Shown one piece after another: positions 19,130 to 28,422 of a stretch of DNA of 64,000 nucleotides. This stretch comes from a virus: the IMG/VR virus record IMGVR_UViG_3300047472_000037, positions 2,502-66,501 of that record; one strand, 5' to 3'. The position numbers and the translations under genes were made by a program. A model generated the notes under the pieces. It was not told the DNA's origin. It ran no database searches and saw only the letters and a list, made by a program, of their open reading frames with translations. How positions within the stretch are numbered: the stretch's first letter is position 1; every line of letters starts with the position of its first letter.

Positions 19130-19301
19130 AAGCTGTCATCGAACTTCTTGTACTCGCCCTGATCATGGTGATCGTTTACGGCCTGCTCCTAATGGTTGTA
19201 GGTGTATCCGATCTACCCCTGAATGAGACTACTCGTGGTGGTGTCTTCGTCGCTTGGATTGCTATCTCGGCGTTGGTATATGCCACAACGGAGAGAATAC
19301 C

Positions 19302-19616
19302 GTGAAAATCTGGTGGCTCACTGGTAATGAATACGAGAGTAGCACCTCTAATAGATTTTTCTCTGTCAAACCCGACCGTTCCGTGGTTCGAGATTTCATG
19401 TGTGCTCAATATGAATGCAGTCTCAAAGAGTTGGAAAAGAGAGACTTTACTATCAGATGTTTCACTCATGACATAAAATCTAGATGGTCGCCTCGTAAGC
19501 GCAACCTCAATCAATATCTGGATGACATCATGGACCCACCAAAAGGACCTGATACATCCAATGATGGGAATGATTACGGTACGTATTTCTCTCTACAAGA
19601 GGTTGAAGTCGAATGA
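19302..19616 (+). CDS. Hypothetical protein
   Basis: Probable GTG start after GGAGAG. Confidence 0.5.
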   Translation: MKIWWLTGNEYESSTSNRFFSVKPDRSVVRDFMCAQYECSLKELEKRDFTIRCFTHDIKSRWSPRKRNLNQYLDDIMDPPKGPDTSNDGNDYGTYFSLQEVEVE

Positions 19617-19828
19617 CACAGAAATACAGAGTGGTTGAACGTGTCCGCTTTAGTGAGATGGAAGAAACTCTCAACCGCTGGTGTGGTGAGACGTTCAGAA
19701 AGAAGAGTCATAAAGACTCAGGTATACAATACTATACACTCACCACGTACACGTTCGTTCAAGCTGTACCATGTGGTGAGTATTGGGTGAATATCATCCT
19801 TGAAGTCCACGAGAGAGAAGCATCGTGA
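19613..19828 (+). CDS. Hypothetical protein
   Basis: ATGA-coupled ORF. Confidence 0.55.
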   Translation: MTQKYRVVERVRFSEMEETLNRWCGETFRKKSHKDSGIQYYTLTTYTFVQAVPCGEYWVNIILEVHEREAS

Positions 19829-19979
19829 TCGTAGAATATCAAGTGTGGTCTGTTAACTCTCACTGTGTTATGGATAAATGTAAGACCTTGGAAGAGGCTC
19901 GCAAAGAAGTCAAAGATTGGTTTAAAAAGATCGATCTCGAGTGTAAAATAATGAAAGTCGTTTACAAGGAAATAAAATA

Positions 19980-20399
19980 ATGTACGTCACAGTCTATGGG
20001 ACTCTTCAAAAGGGTCAAAGCAACAATCGGTTGTTAGAGAATGCTACACTAGTAACGGAATGTATCGTCCGTGGCTACAAGCTGTACAATTCAGGGTTTC
20101 CTGTCTCTGCTCCATCTGAGCTTGATAGCATTCGTGGTGAAGTGTGGGATATCGGGAGTATCGATAGTGAAACATGGTCTGATACTCTTCGTAATCTTGA
20201 TAGCCTTGAAGGTTACTACGAGAGCGAACGGCTGAGGGACAGATCAATGTACTTCCGTGAGACCATTCAGGCTTTCGGAGATGATGGTAATACCTATGAA
20301 GCAGAGATGTACGTAGGTAATCCTAAGTTCTGGAAAGACTTCAGCAGCATGAGGGAATGCCCTGTTGTTGATAACGTTTACGAATGGAGTAGGCGATGA
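19980..20399 (+). CDS. Gamma-glutamylcyclotransferase (GGCT/AIG2-like)
   Basis: VYGTL..G..N, IRGEVW, LDSLEG motifs. Confidence 0.88.
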   Translation: MYVTVYGTLQKGQSNNRLLENATLVTECIVRGYKLYNSGFPVSAPSELDSIRGEVWDIGSIDSETWSDTLRNLDSLEGYYESERLRDRSMYFRETIQAFGDDGNTYEAEMYVGNPKFWKDFSSMRECPVVDNVYEWSRR

Positions 20400-20800
20400 G
20401 AGTTACAGATCAAACTGCCTCAGTGTTTCAAAAGAAATTCACCGTATTAGAAGATCATGTCGTCATAGCCAGTTGTTTTGCTACCAATTTTTTTGGTACG
20501 GAACAAGTTATTCATCTTCATACCTCCCAAGTTTATCATACTCATCGGAGTAAAGGTATTGGTAGTAAGTTCCACAAGGAACGCCTAGATCATTTTGAAG
20601 AAGAGGGTTGTACTGATCTCCTGACTTGTATCGTCAATACCGCCAATGAACCTCAGATGAAAATCCTGAAGAAACACGGATGGAAGTTTGTCTATAAGTT
20701 CATGAGTAATGAACAAGAGTTGTGTTTCTGTGTGTATGACGTACCTAAGCCTATTCCTTATGATCCTAATCAACAGATGGTTGAAGATGATGATCTCTGA
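20396..20800 (+). CDS. GNAT-like acetyltransferase carrying conserved C-terminal tail (copy 1)
   Basis: V...HRSKGIG acetyl-CoA motif; NEPQ..ILKKHGW; ends IPYDPNQQMVEDDDL. Confidence 0.65.
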   Translation: MRVTDQTASVFQKKFTVLEDHVVIASCFATNFFGTEQVIHLHTSQVYHTHRSKGIGSKFHKERLDHFEEEGCTDLLTCIVNTANEPQMKILKKHGWKFVYKFMSNEQELCFCVYDVPKPIPYDPNQQMVEDDDL

Positions 20801-20954
20801 GGACATCCGGGCACAAGCAGTAATTGAGGGTCGTGCCACTAATCGTACGGCCCTTCGTCGTTTCGTGAAGAACGATGGTCGTAGGAGATTGGCAGAAGAA
20901 TTCACCTCAAGCAGGGGAGTGACCTATGAGCGATGGGCCAAACAAGATGAATGA
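20790..20954 (+). CDS. Small basic protein starting inside tail copy 1
   Basis: MISEDIRAQAVIEGR... Confidence 0.45.
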   Translation: MISEDIRAQAVIEGRATNRTALRRFVKNDGRRRLAEEFTSSRGVTYERWAKQDE

Positions 20955-21246
20955 ACCCCTTCCAGTCGGTACTGAGGTAGTCCTCATCAACAATCAGGAT
21001 GGATTACTTCCCGGTAGTCGTGGGGTCATCAGAGGTATTCAACCATCTGGATTTTACTCGGTATATGTAACACACTCTGTTAGTCCTACTTGGTATGGAC
21101 ATGGTTCTGGTGGTGAAGGTGATTACATAGATCCCCATTCGAGGAAATCCAGAGGGTGGAACGTAGACCCCAAGAATCTTAAAGAATACTTCCTGGAAAT
21201 TCCCTACGATCCAACTCAACAGGCTGACCAAGATGACGACATTTGA
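20947..21246 (+). CDS. Small tailed protein (copy 2)
   Basis: LPVGTEV N-terminus; ends EIPYDPTQQADQDDDI. Confidence 0.7.
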   Translation: MNEPLPVGTEVVLINNQDGLLPGSRGVIRGIQPSGFYSVYVTHSVSPTWYGHGSGGEGDYIDPHSRKSRGWNVDPKNLKEYFLEIPYDPTQQADQDDDI

Positions 21247-21463
21247 GCGGAAAGCGTTTACAAATGTTTATTGGAGTAAATCTCTTCTCGTCTTGATGAA
21301 CAAAGGTACTTATTCAACAGAAGAACTGGCAAAGAAGAACGTAAAAGATGACGAGGACCTAATCTATCAGGACTCAGTCTCTTGTCAGATCCAATGGACC
21401 TACAAAGGTTCTATAACAAAGGAAAAGGTTAATGAACAATCTGTCTCTACTTCTGTGGCTTAG
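21233..21463 (+). CDS. Hypothetical protein
   Basis: Start codon lies within tail copy 2. Confidence 0.5.
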   Translation: MTTFERKAFTNVYWSKSLLVLMNKGTYSTEELAKKNVKDDEDLIYQDSVSCQIQWTYKGSITKEKVNEQSVSTSVA

Positions 21464-21818
21464 TGATGTAGTGGGATCTGCCAAGGTTGCTCTTACGATC
21501 CTATCAGTATGTCTTGGATTAGCTCTCGTCTTTGGTACTGTAATACTGTTTTGTACTAAGGACGATGCGATTAGTAATCCAGCTAGTGATTACTGCCGAC
21601 AAGCCTATAGGGCAGTAAAAATACCCTACACATTTGCTATGATCGTTTGGATACTGGCAGGGATTATAAACATTATGTTGCCCACTAGTAATACTATCCG
21701 GTTGATTGCAGGAACGCAAGTAGGTGAACAGGTGGCAACCACTCCAGAGGCAAAGCAAATCTTTGGGAAAGTAGTTCAAGCACTCAATGTGCAATTGGAT
21801 AAACTAGGGAAGGAATGA
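21432..21818 (+). CDS. Membrane protein
   Basis: Two TM helices; AAGG SD. Confidence 0.65.
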   Translation: MNNLSLLLWLSDVVGSAKVALTILSVCLGLALVFGTVILFCTKDDAISNPASDYCRQAYRAVKIPYTFAMIVWILAGIINIMLPTSNTIRLIAGTQVGEQVATTPEAKQIFGKVVQALNVQLDKLGKE

Positions 21819-21822
21819 ACAG

Positions 21823-22011
21823 ATGTTCTATGTATGGATTCTTTGCTGTTTCCTTCTGTATGCTTATCTACTCTATCAAGAGTGGACCTACAGAAAGAAC
21901 TTGACCCTATTCGATTTTCTCTTTTTTGGCTTTCTGAGTTTCTCAGGACCAATCGGAATCATCGTAGTCATTGTGGCTTTTTTGTATGTGATATTAGTGG
22001 ATGAGAGTTGA
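21823..22011 (+). CDS. Small membrane protein
   Basis: 62 aa, highly hydrophobic; AAGGA SD. Confidence 0.55.
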   Translation: MFYVWILCCFLLYAYLLYQEWTYRKNLTLFDFLFFGFLSFSGPIGIIVVIVAFLYVILVDES

Positions 22012-22043
22012 ACTAATTGGTTTGTAGTTCTAATTTGAGTTTA

Positions 22044-22072
22044 ATTATAGCACGTATTTGGAGCTAAGTCAA
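22044..22072 (-). promoter_or_regulatory. Antisense sigma70 promoter
   Basis: Minus strand TTGACT-N17-TATAAT with TG extension. Confidence 0.6.
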
Positions 22073-22073
22073 G

Positions 22074-22361
22074 ATGTCACAGGAACAAACGTTTCATATA
22101 GGTGATCTTGTAACAGTAGAAGAAAGGGGTGGTGAACTAATATGGGATGGTACCATATACCGTTTTGGTCATTCTGATCATTTTCTTGTTACTTGTTCAG
22201 ACACATCATTTACTGACATTTATCCGAACTATTTCCACACTGATGATCACAGACTCTCTACTCGATGTGGTAAGTATGTCCATAAGATGTATTTGAAAAT
22301 TCGTCTTGATGAACTCCCATATGATCCCACTCAGCAACCCGATGAGGATGACGATGTATAA
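22074..22361 (+). CDS. Small tailed protein (copy 3)
   Basis: FHIGDLV...ELPYDPTQQPDEDDDV. Confidence 0.7.
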   Translation: MSQEQTFHIGDLVTVEERGGELIWDGTIYRFGHSDHFLVTCSDTSFTDIYPNYFHTDDHRLSTRCGKYVHKMYLKIRLDELPYDPTQQPDEDDDV

Positions 22362-22695
22362 TGAACGGATCGTGGAAATCCCAGATGGTCGAGTTGTACT
22401 CCCTGAGTTCTTTTCTGTCGGTGATATCTTCTATGGCCAATGGTTTGGTGTTAATCAATCAGATAACTACTGGCATGGTCCGTACTGTGTTAAATCTTTC
22501 TTCCGTGATGGACAAAAAGGTCGCATGACCTGTTCTGTGGTTGAAGATAACGAGGTGGGTCCTGTAATGAATGAACTTACGGGACAATCAGACCTCTGTG
22601 TTATGTCTTATCCCATCCGAAGGGTTAAGTTTATGACACCTTTCATGATTGAATATGATCCCAAGCAACAGAGGGATGAAGAAGATGACATCTGA
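22354..22695 (+). CDS. Small tailed protein (copy 4)
   Basis: Starts inside copy 3 (MYNER); FSVGDIF; ends IEYDPKQQRDEEDDI. Confidence 0.7.
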   Translation: MYNERIVEIPDGRVVLPEFFSVGDIFYGQWFGVNQSDNYWHGPYCVKSFFRDGQKGRMTCSVVEDNEVGPVMNELTGQSDLCVMSYPIRRVKFMTPFMIEYDPKQQRDEEDDI

Positions 22696-22958
22696 AAGTG
22701 ATTGGGAACCTGTGGAGGTAGAGCAATTCCAGAGAGGGGATAAGATCAGTACGGAAAGTGGTTTAAGGGGGGGGTTACTATCATCACATTGATTTTATAA
22801 GAGGGGCTAATATTTATTATACAGCTTATTGTGATAAACTTCCCTCTTTTACATCAAATGCCCAGGTAAGTATTTTCAAAACTTCTAATTGGCTCCGTTT
22901 TGTAGACTTCAAACCATATGATCCTAAACAAATGCCAGACCAAGAGGATGATATATGA
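22685..22958 (+). pseudogene. Small tailed protein (copy 5) frameshifted at a G8 tract
   Basis: MTSESDW..FQRGDKI; G8 at 22767-74; one G fewer gives a 90-aa ORF ending KPYDPKQMPDQEDDI. Confidence 0.7.
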
Positions 22959-23233
22959 CTGACGAAAAGAAGATGGTCCGTAAAGAAGAAACTTTTCGCT
23001 ACATTGAGACGACCCTGTCTGAGGTGAAAAAGAAAATAGATTCTTGGATAGAACAGTATGGTCCTGATGCATATTTCCTTGCTGATGAGGAATATGGGAA
23101 CCCTGTAGTACTTATCAGCTACGAGAGATTGGAGACAGAAGGGGAATTCCAATCCCGCATAGAATATGAAACACGGAAGAAATCTCGTCGACAGGCAGAG
23201 TTCCTGAAGATGAAGAAAGAATTCGAAGGTTAA
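22955..23233 (+). CDS. Hypothetical protein
   Basis: ATGA-coupled to tail copy 5. Confidence 0.65.
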   Translation: MTDEKKMVRKEETFRYIETTLSEVKKKIDSWIEQYGPDAYFLADEEYGNPVVLISYERLETEGEFQSRIEYETRKKSRRQAEFLKMKKEFEG

Positions 23234-23241
23234 CTCTTCAT

Positions 23242-23316
23242 TCTCCTTTAGTTTAATTGGCAAAACGTGTGCCTTTGGTGCATGAGATCCAGGTTCGACC
23301 CCTGGCGGGAGATCCA
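23242..23316 (+). tRNA. tRNA-Gln (TTG) with encoded CCA
   Basis: Acceptor TCTCCTT/CGGGAGA (one mismatch), D arm GTTT/AAAC, anticodon loop CTTTGGT, T arm CCAGG-TTCGACC-CCTGG, then T-CCA. Confidence 0.85.
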
Positions 23317-23414
23317 ATAGTCATTTAAACGGCCATAGAAGCTCACTGAGAGCATCCGTTAATCTTTCCGCACCTCACATCCACTTATCATCAACCATTC
23401 TGTATAGGTCTCTA

Positions 23415-24065
23415 ATGAACCACAATAGCGTACCGACCACGTGCACTGCATCTCTCATCACAGGATGGGATATCCCCGGCGTTAATGAAAAGGACGAGAA
23501 GACTCGCCTTAAGACTTGGGATCGTGCTCTTGCTTCTCTTATTTCCTCTGGATACAAGCGGGACTTCGCCATCATCCATGTCTTCACTACTGGTAAACAG
23601 AAGGTTGATGATTTCCTCAAGGCCATCGGTTTCGAAATGGTATTCCATGGTTCTAAGGCAGATGACGAGAGTGTCCAGAGACATCAGGAAACTGGTGATC
23701 TTTTCTTGTGGGCCATCAAGCCTAAGGATTACCAAGAGGGTATCACTAAGCTAAAGGCAGAAATCAAGACTCGATTGGAAGTTATCGATCCCCCTAAGCA
23801 TCCTGATCCTAAGCGCCTCGCTATGCCTGAACTAAAGTTGAGGGCACTTCAGAAGGCAGGGTTTGCCCTAGAGAATGCAAGGGTCGATAACCGTTTCAGT
23901 GATGTTGTCGTAGGTGATCCTGTAGTGGTCGCTAAGTTCATGAAGCTAACTTATGGTTGGGATGTTGTAGTTTTCTGTAAGGCCAATAACTACCCTGAAT
24001 GGACCCGTCTGACCACACGCAAACTGAAAGACCTTCACAATCAATGGCGGAATGAGCTGATCTAA
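23415..24065 (+). CDS. Hypothetical protein at the head of the amidoligase cluster
   Basis: 216 aa; TAATG coupling. Confidence 0.65.
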   Translation: MNHNSVPTTCTASLITGWDIPGVNEKDEKTRLKTWDRALASLISSGYKRDFAIIHVFTTGKQKVDDFLKAIGFEMVFHGSKADDESVQRHQETGDLFLWAIKPKDYQEGITKLKAEIKTRLEVIDPPKHPDPKRLAMPELKLRALQKAGFALENARVDNRFSDVVVGDPVVVAKFMKLTYGWDVVVFCKANNYPEWTRLTTRKLKDLHNQWRNELI

Positions 24066-24727
24066 TGGTGAAGACAACTCCCCGAACTAAGAATAGAGTC
24101 TATGTCGTAGGTTACGATCCTCCTGTCACTAAGATGTGGTTCAGGAGAGAATATGAGATTATGAGTAACCCGGAGTTGGCTGACATCCTCTGCTTCATTG
24201 GTGGATGGGATATCGACCCTGAACTCTATGGGGAAAAGCCAATCAAGGGTACTCGTATTCAACCGGCTGATGATGTCCGTGACACTCGTGCATGGGAACG
24301 TTCCATGTCTATGAGCAAACGTGGGCAACTCAAGGTGGGTATCTGCCGTGGCGGTCAGTTCCTAAATGTATCTAACGACGGTAAAATGTATCAACATGTC
24401 ACAGGTCATTCGAGTGATCATAAGATGTACGATACATTGTTCCGTGATACTAACCCTATTGATGTAACCTCTTCTCACCACCAGATGATGGTTCCTACAG
24501 ATAGTGCAGAGATCATAGGATATTCTGAAGGTATCTCTAGTGAGTTTTGGACACAAGCAGGCAAACTAGAAGTTAAACCTGAGATTGAACCAGAGGTTCT
24601 GTACTACGAGAACTCCCGTAGCCTCTGTTTCCAAGGTCATCCTGAGTGGAATCTTCGTAATCCCAAGGATGGGAACTATGATACCTGTCGGGATTATTTC
24701 TTTAAGATTATGGATATGATTCGATGA
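24065..24727 (+). CDS. Class I glutamine amidotransferase / peptidase C26 (gamma-glutamyl hydrolase-like)
   Basis: GGWDIDP, GICRGGQ nucleophile elbow, SSHHQ, QGHPE. Confidence 0.88.
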   Translation: MVKTTPRTKNRVYVVGYDPPVTKMWFRREYEIMSNPELADILCFIGGWDIDPELYGEKPIKGTRIQPADDVRDTRAWERSMSMSKRGQLKVGICRGGQFLNVSNDGKMYQHVTGHSSDHKMYDTLFRDTNPIDVTSSHHQMMVPTDSAEIIGYSEGISSEFWTQAGKLEVKPEIEPEVLYYENSRSLCFQGHPEWNLRNPKDGNYDTCRDYFFKIMDMIR

Positions 24728-25623
24728 ATGAAATAGCTCAAACTGCAATGAAAGCCTCTCTACCCTTGAGTGGACGTTCTTTTGTTCTCGTTACTGAACA
24801 TGAAGATAGAAGAGTCGAGTATCATATCAGGCAGAGACAACCGTGTTGGGGTGAACTCAGGAAGTACGAGAGGTCCCATCCTACTCGTTGCACTCAACCG
24901 AGTGTTAATAAGCCGGGTGATCTTCATCATCCATTTCCTGATGGTAAACCGATTGGTCTAGCTGTTAATGTCGATGTCAATTGGGACGGATACAAACCGC
25001 AGCTACCAGAGGACCACATGAAGTTCATCTTGGGTGATGAAAGTATCTATAAGTGTGGTATCGGGAAGACAGAAGTTCTATATGATGATAGAGGATTGCC
25101 TGATGCTATCTACTTTGATGGTTTGAATGTTGATCCTACTATTCTCGTGAACTTCCTCCGTACGATGGCGACTAGTACTATGTCAAATATAGTACAGGGA
25201 TACTTGGATGCTGGACTCTCTCGTAAAGAGGCTCAGGTTTTAGTCAAGCTGAATGGGTCTTATAGTATCAAGTCTGGTTATGTCGGCAGTGGTTATCCAC
25301 ATTCAGTCAGACGTGTATATCAGTCTGCTCCACATGATTTCTCTGGTGGTACTATGGAACAGAGGGTGGATTACAACCGTCCAATGCAAGATTACATCTT
25401 CCAGGCGAAAGTCAAGGGGGAAAGTTGGATTGATCTCTGTGAAATGGTAGGTATTCCGAAGTACGGAGCACGAGAACTCAATATGCAGAGTGTTATTATT
25501 CCCAAGGTCAAGGAAATCTTCAGGATAGTTGAAGAAAGACAGGATGATATTTCTCGTCCTAAGCATATCTGGACTACTAAAGGTGGTGTAAGTAATGAAA
25601 ATGAAGGTTGGGTTATCACATGA
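24724..25623 (+). CDS. Hypothetical protein in the amidoligase cluster
   Basis: 299 aa, ATGA-coupled on both sides. Confidence 0.7.
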   Translation: MNEIAQTAMKASLPLSGRSFVLVTEHEDRRVEYHIRQRQPCWGELRKYERSHPTRCTQPSVNKPGDLHHPFPDGKPIGLAVNVDVNWDGYKPQLPEDHMKFILGDESIYKCGIGKTEVLYDDRGLPDAIYFDGLNVDPTILVNFLRTMATSTMSNIVQGYLDAGLSRKEAQVLVKLNGSYSIKSGYVGSGYPHSVRRVYQSAPHDFSGGTMEQRVDYNRPMQDYIFQAKVKGESWIDLCEMVGIPKYGARELNMQSVIIPKVKEIFRIVEERQDDISRPKHIWTTKGGVSNENEGWVIT

Positions 25624-26459
25624 CACGTATTCTAATCGGAAGCGATCCTGAAATCTTCGTGATGGATGAGAATGGGCAGTTCCGTTCTGGTCACGATCTC
25701 ATTCCGGGGACAAAAGAACAACCTCATCCTGTACCATGTGGTGCAATTCAGGTAGACGGTGTTGCCTGTGAGTTCAATATCGATCCGGCAAGTACTGCAC
25801 AAGAGTTCAGTAAGAACATTCGACTGGTAATGAACTCCCTCGAAGAATTTGTCAAGGGTATTCAGCCGGGGTATTCTCTTGAAATCACTCCTACTGCACA
25901 TTTCGAGAAGATATACTTTGAATCTCTGCCTGAAGAGGTGAAGAAACTAGGTTGTACTCCTGATTTCTGTGCCTATACAGGAGAAGAGAACGAATCACCA
26001 GAGACTACTGAACCTTTCCGCACTGGTGCAGGACACATCCACATCGGGTGGGGTGATGGTGGTTACTTCCCTGATGAACAACACATGAAGACATGTATCG
26101 GTTTGGTGAAAGAACTTGATTGTTCTCTGTATGCTTCATCCCTTATGTGGGATCACGATACTAAACGTCGATCATTATACGGCAAGGTGGGTGCATTTCG
26201 TCCTAAACCATACGGTCTAGAGTATCGTCCACTGAGTAATGCATATCTAACAGAGAAGAAGACACAGGAATATGTCTTTGAGGTAACCAAGAATGTGGCC
26301 AGTAATTATTTCTCCTCTGCTCGTCGTATCAGCCATGACCCCCTTTGTGGTCGTTTCGTTGAGAATATACTGCTCGAAAAGGTTCCCGGACCAGCTGGTT
26401 TGGCCGCTTACGTATCTTACATTGAGAAAGCGTTTAAGCTCCCAGTATACCGTAGGTGA
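25620..26459 (+). CDS. phiEco32-like COOH-NH2 ligase type 2 (paralog 1)
   Basis: IGSDPEIF, QVDGVACEFNI, GCTPD, GAGHIHIG, RPKPYGLEYR. Confidence 0.85.
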   Translation: MTRILIGSDPEIFVMDENGQFRSGHDLIPGTKEQPHPVPCGAIQVDGVACEFNIDPASTAQEFSKNIRLVMNSLEEFVKGIQPGYSLEITPTAHFEKIYFESLPEEVKKLGCTPDFCAYTGEENESPETTEPFRTGAGHIHIGWGDGGYFPDEQHMKTCIGLVKELDCSLYASSLMWDHDTKRRSLYGKVGAFRPKPYGLEYRPLSNAYLTEKKTQEYVFEVTKNVASNYFSSARRISHDPLCGRFVENILLEKVPGPAGLAAYVSYIEKAFKLPVYRR

Positions 26460-26479
26460 ATTAGGTATGGATCATGAAG

Positions 26480-26746
26480 ATGACATTTAGAGTGGGTGAT
26501 TGTGTTCGTTTAGCTACAGAGTCTGAGTGTGAGATGAACACCCCTCGTGAATTAAGGTCTAATAGGCTCGATAGGTATGATCAGAGTACAGTATTCACTG
26601 TGACTAAAGAACCAGATCGTTGCGGACTCATACATCTAACCACGAAAGGTGAAGAACCCTGTGTTGCCTTTGCTGGGAGATTTAGGCGGCGCATGGAACT
26701 CCCATATGATCCAACTCAGCAACCAGACGAGGATGACGATGTATAA
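26480..26746 (+). CDS. Small tailed protein (copy 6)
   Basis: MTFRVGDCV...ELPYDPTQQPDEDDDV. Confidence 0.72.
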   Translation: MTFRVGDCVRLATESECEMNTPRELRSNRLDRYDQSTVFTVTKEPDRCGLIHLTTKGEEPCVAFAGRFRRRMELPYDPTQQPDEDDDV

Positions 26747-26993
26747 AACTCCCCACGAGTTCCTTCTAGCTCGTATCAAGGAATTAGAAGGTGGCGCACC
26801 CGACCGTGATGGTTTTGATGATACATTCATTCAAGCATATCGTTATTTTGCCAAAGAGTATGAGTGCTTCGGTGGGTGGGGCGACGGTGGTATACAAGAG
26901 AATTACAATCATGGTTTGAGGTCTGCAATGGACGATCTCCAGAAGTACTTCGAAGAATATAATCGGTCTGAGAAAACAGAAATAAACAACTAA
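26739..26993 (+). CDS. Hypothetical protein
   Basis: MYKTPHEF; start and GAGGA SD lie inside tail copy 6. Confidence 0.6.
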   Translation: MYKTPHEFLLARIKELEGGAPDRDGFDDTFIQAYRYFAKEYECFGGWGDGGIQENYNHGLRSAMDDLQKYFEEYNRSEKTEINN

Positions 26994-27007
26994 CAGAAAG
27001 AAATAAA

Positions 27008-28144
27008 ATGTGTGGCTTGTGGGGTTGTATGGGTCCGGGTATTACCCGAGCGGACCTTAAGATTATTCGTGACCTTGGTATCTTTTCTCAGGTACGTGGT
27101 ATGGATGGTGCTGGTGTATACCAAATTCGTTCGAATGCACAGAAGGGGTGGAGGTCATATGAACAGTTGTACAAGACGTATGCAACATTCTCCGAGATGG
27201 TCCTTGAGATTGAGACGAAGCAACGTCGTCGTGATAAAGGGATGGAAGATATCCTCGACACTATTTCTATTGACATCTTTATGGGTCATGTACGTTGGGC
27301 TACGAAGGGTGGTACAGACTCCGCTCAGGCTCATCCTTATGCATACTCTACTCTTGTCGGTGCACACAACGGTACACTTCGGGATAAGAAGTACGAAGAC
27401 AATGTACGCACTGACTCTGATTTGATGTTCGAAGATGCTAATCGTCGTGGTCTAGAGACAGTCCTCAATGAACTCGACCCATGGTCGGCCTACGCCATCA
27501 CGGTGTATGATAAAGTTCAGAAGAGGATGTACTTCGCTCGTAACGATGATCGTCCATTGTTCTTTGCTGTCAACAAAAATCGTTCAGTTCTATATTGGGC
27601 ATCAGAGAAGAAGATGCTTGAGTATGTCTTGGACAGGAATAATGAACTCAGTAACTGTTCACTCCATGAGTTGATCTCTGGTTTGTTGGTCTATGTTGAT
27701 CCCACTGAGATGACATATCGGGTGATTCAAGACAAACCCAAAACGATCTTTCATGGCAGGGAACTACACCCAAAGAAAAAGAATACTCACTATGCTGGCA
27801 ACCACAAGAACCACACTGATGTAGATGATTACTGGTCTAACTGGACCAAGAAGAAATTCGAGAAGAAAGAAGAAGAAGTAAAGGTCGTAGAAGTACAAGC
27901 GGAGGTAGACGATAACGTCGTCCCGTTTTCAGGAGGAACTAAAATCACCTCCTCCCTTCGTTCCTATCACGCCGCCTGTGAGTGTGGAAAACAAAGACTC
28001 AATCTCCTTCAAATCAGTCAGGCAATACGAGGAAAGTCTCAACAGTTCAAGTCTAATACCGAAGGTGATAAATTTTTCTGTATGGCTTGCACTAATGATT
28101 CTAATCGTAATGATGACAATAATAGCCAGACGGTGATGGCCTAA
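27008..28144 (+). CDS. Class II (Ntn) glutamine amidotransferase (paralog 1)
   Basis: N-terminal MCG, RGMDGAG, GHVRWAT, HPY, AHNGTL, TDS. Confidence 0.88.
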   Translation: MCGLWGCMGPGITRADLKIIRDLGIFSQVRGMDGAGVYQIRSNAQKGWRSYEQLYKTYATFSEMVLEIETKQRRRDKGMEDILDTISIDIFMGHVRWATKGGTDSAQAHPYAYSTLVGAHNGTLRDKKYEDNVRTDSDLMFEDANRRGLETVLNELDPWSAYAITVYDKVQKRMYFARNDDRPLFFAVNKNRSVLYWASEKKMLEYVLDRNNELSNCSLHELISGLLVYVDPTEMTYRVIQDKPKTIFHGRELHPKKKNTHYAGNHKNHTDVDDYWSNWTKKKFEKKEEEVKVVEVQAEVDDNVVPFSGGTKITSSLRSYHAACECGKQRLNLLQISQAIRGKSQQFKSNTEGDKFFCMACTNDSNRNDDNNSQTVMA

Positions 28145-28422
28145 TGTTTAAGATTGGTGATCAAGTAAGATTAGTCAGGGCAGTGGACTATCTTTATACG
28201 GGATCAGAGGGTGTTATTCTTGAACCGTGTGAGTTTCTGAAGGATTACCAATGGGTGATCAGGATAACCAAGAGTATAAAAGGTAGTACAAAAGGCCATT
28301 ATTGTGATGGACGTGTTCCTGGAGGTGGTGGTTATTTCGTTAGAGAGTCTGCCTTAGAGAAGATCAATATTGAACTCCCATACGACCCCAAGCAACAGAG
28401 GGATGAAGAAGATGACATTTAG
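28144..28422 (+). CDS. Small tailed protein (copy 7)
   Basis: MFKIGDQV...ELPYDPKQQRDEEDDI. Confidence 0.72.
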   Translation: MFKIGDQVRLVRAVDYLYTGSEGVILEPCEFLKDYQWVIRITKSIKGSTKGHYCDGRVPGGGGYFVRESALEKINIELPYDPKQQRDEEDDI

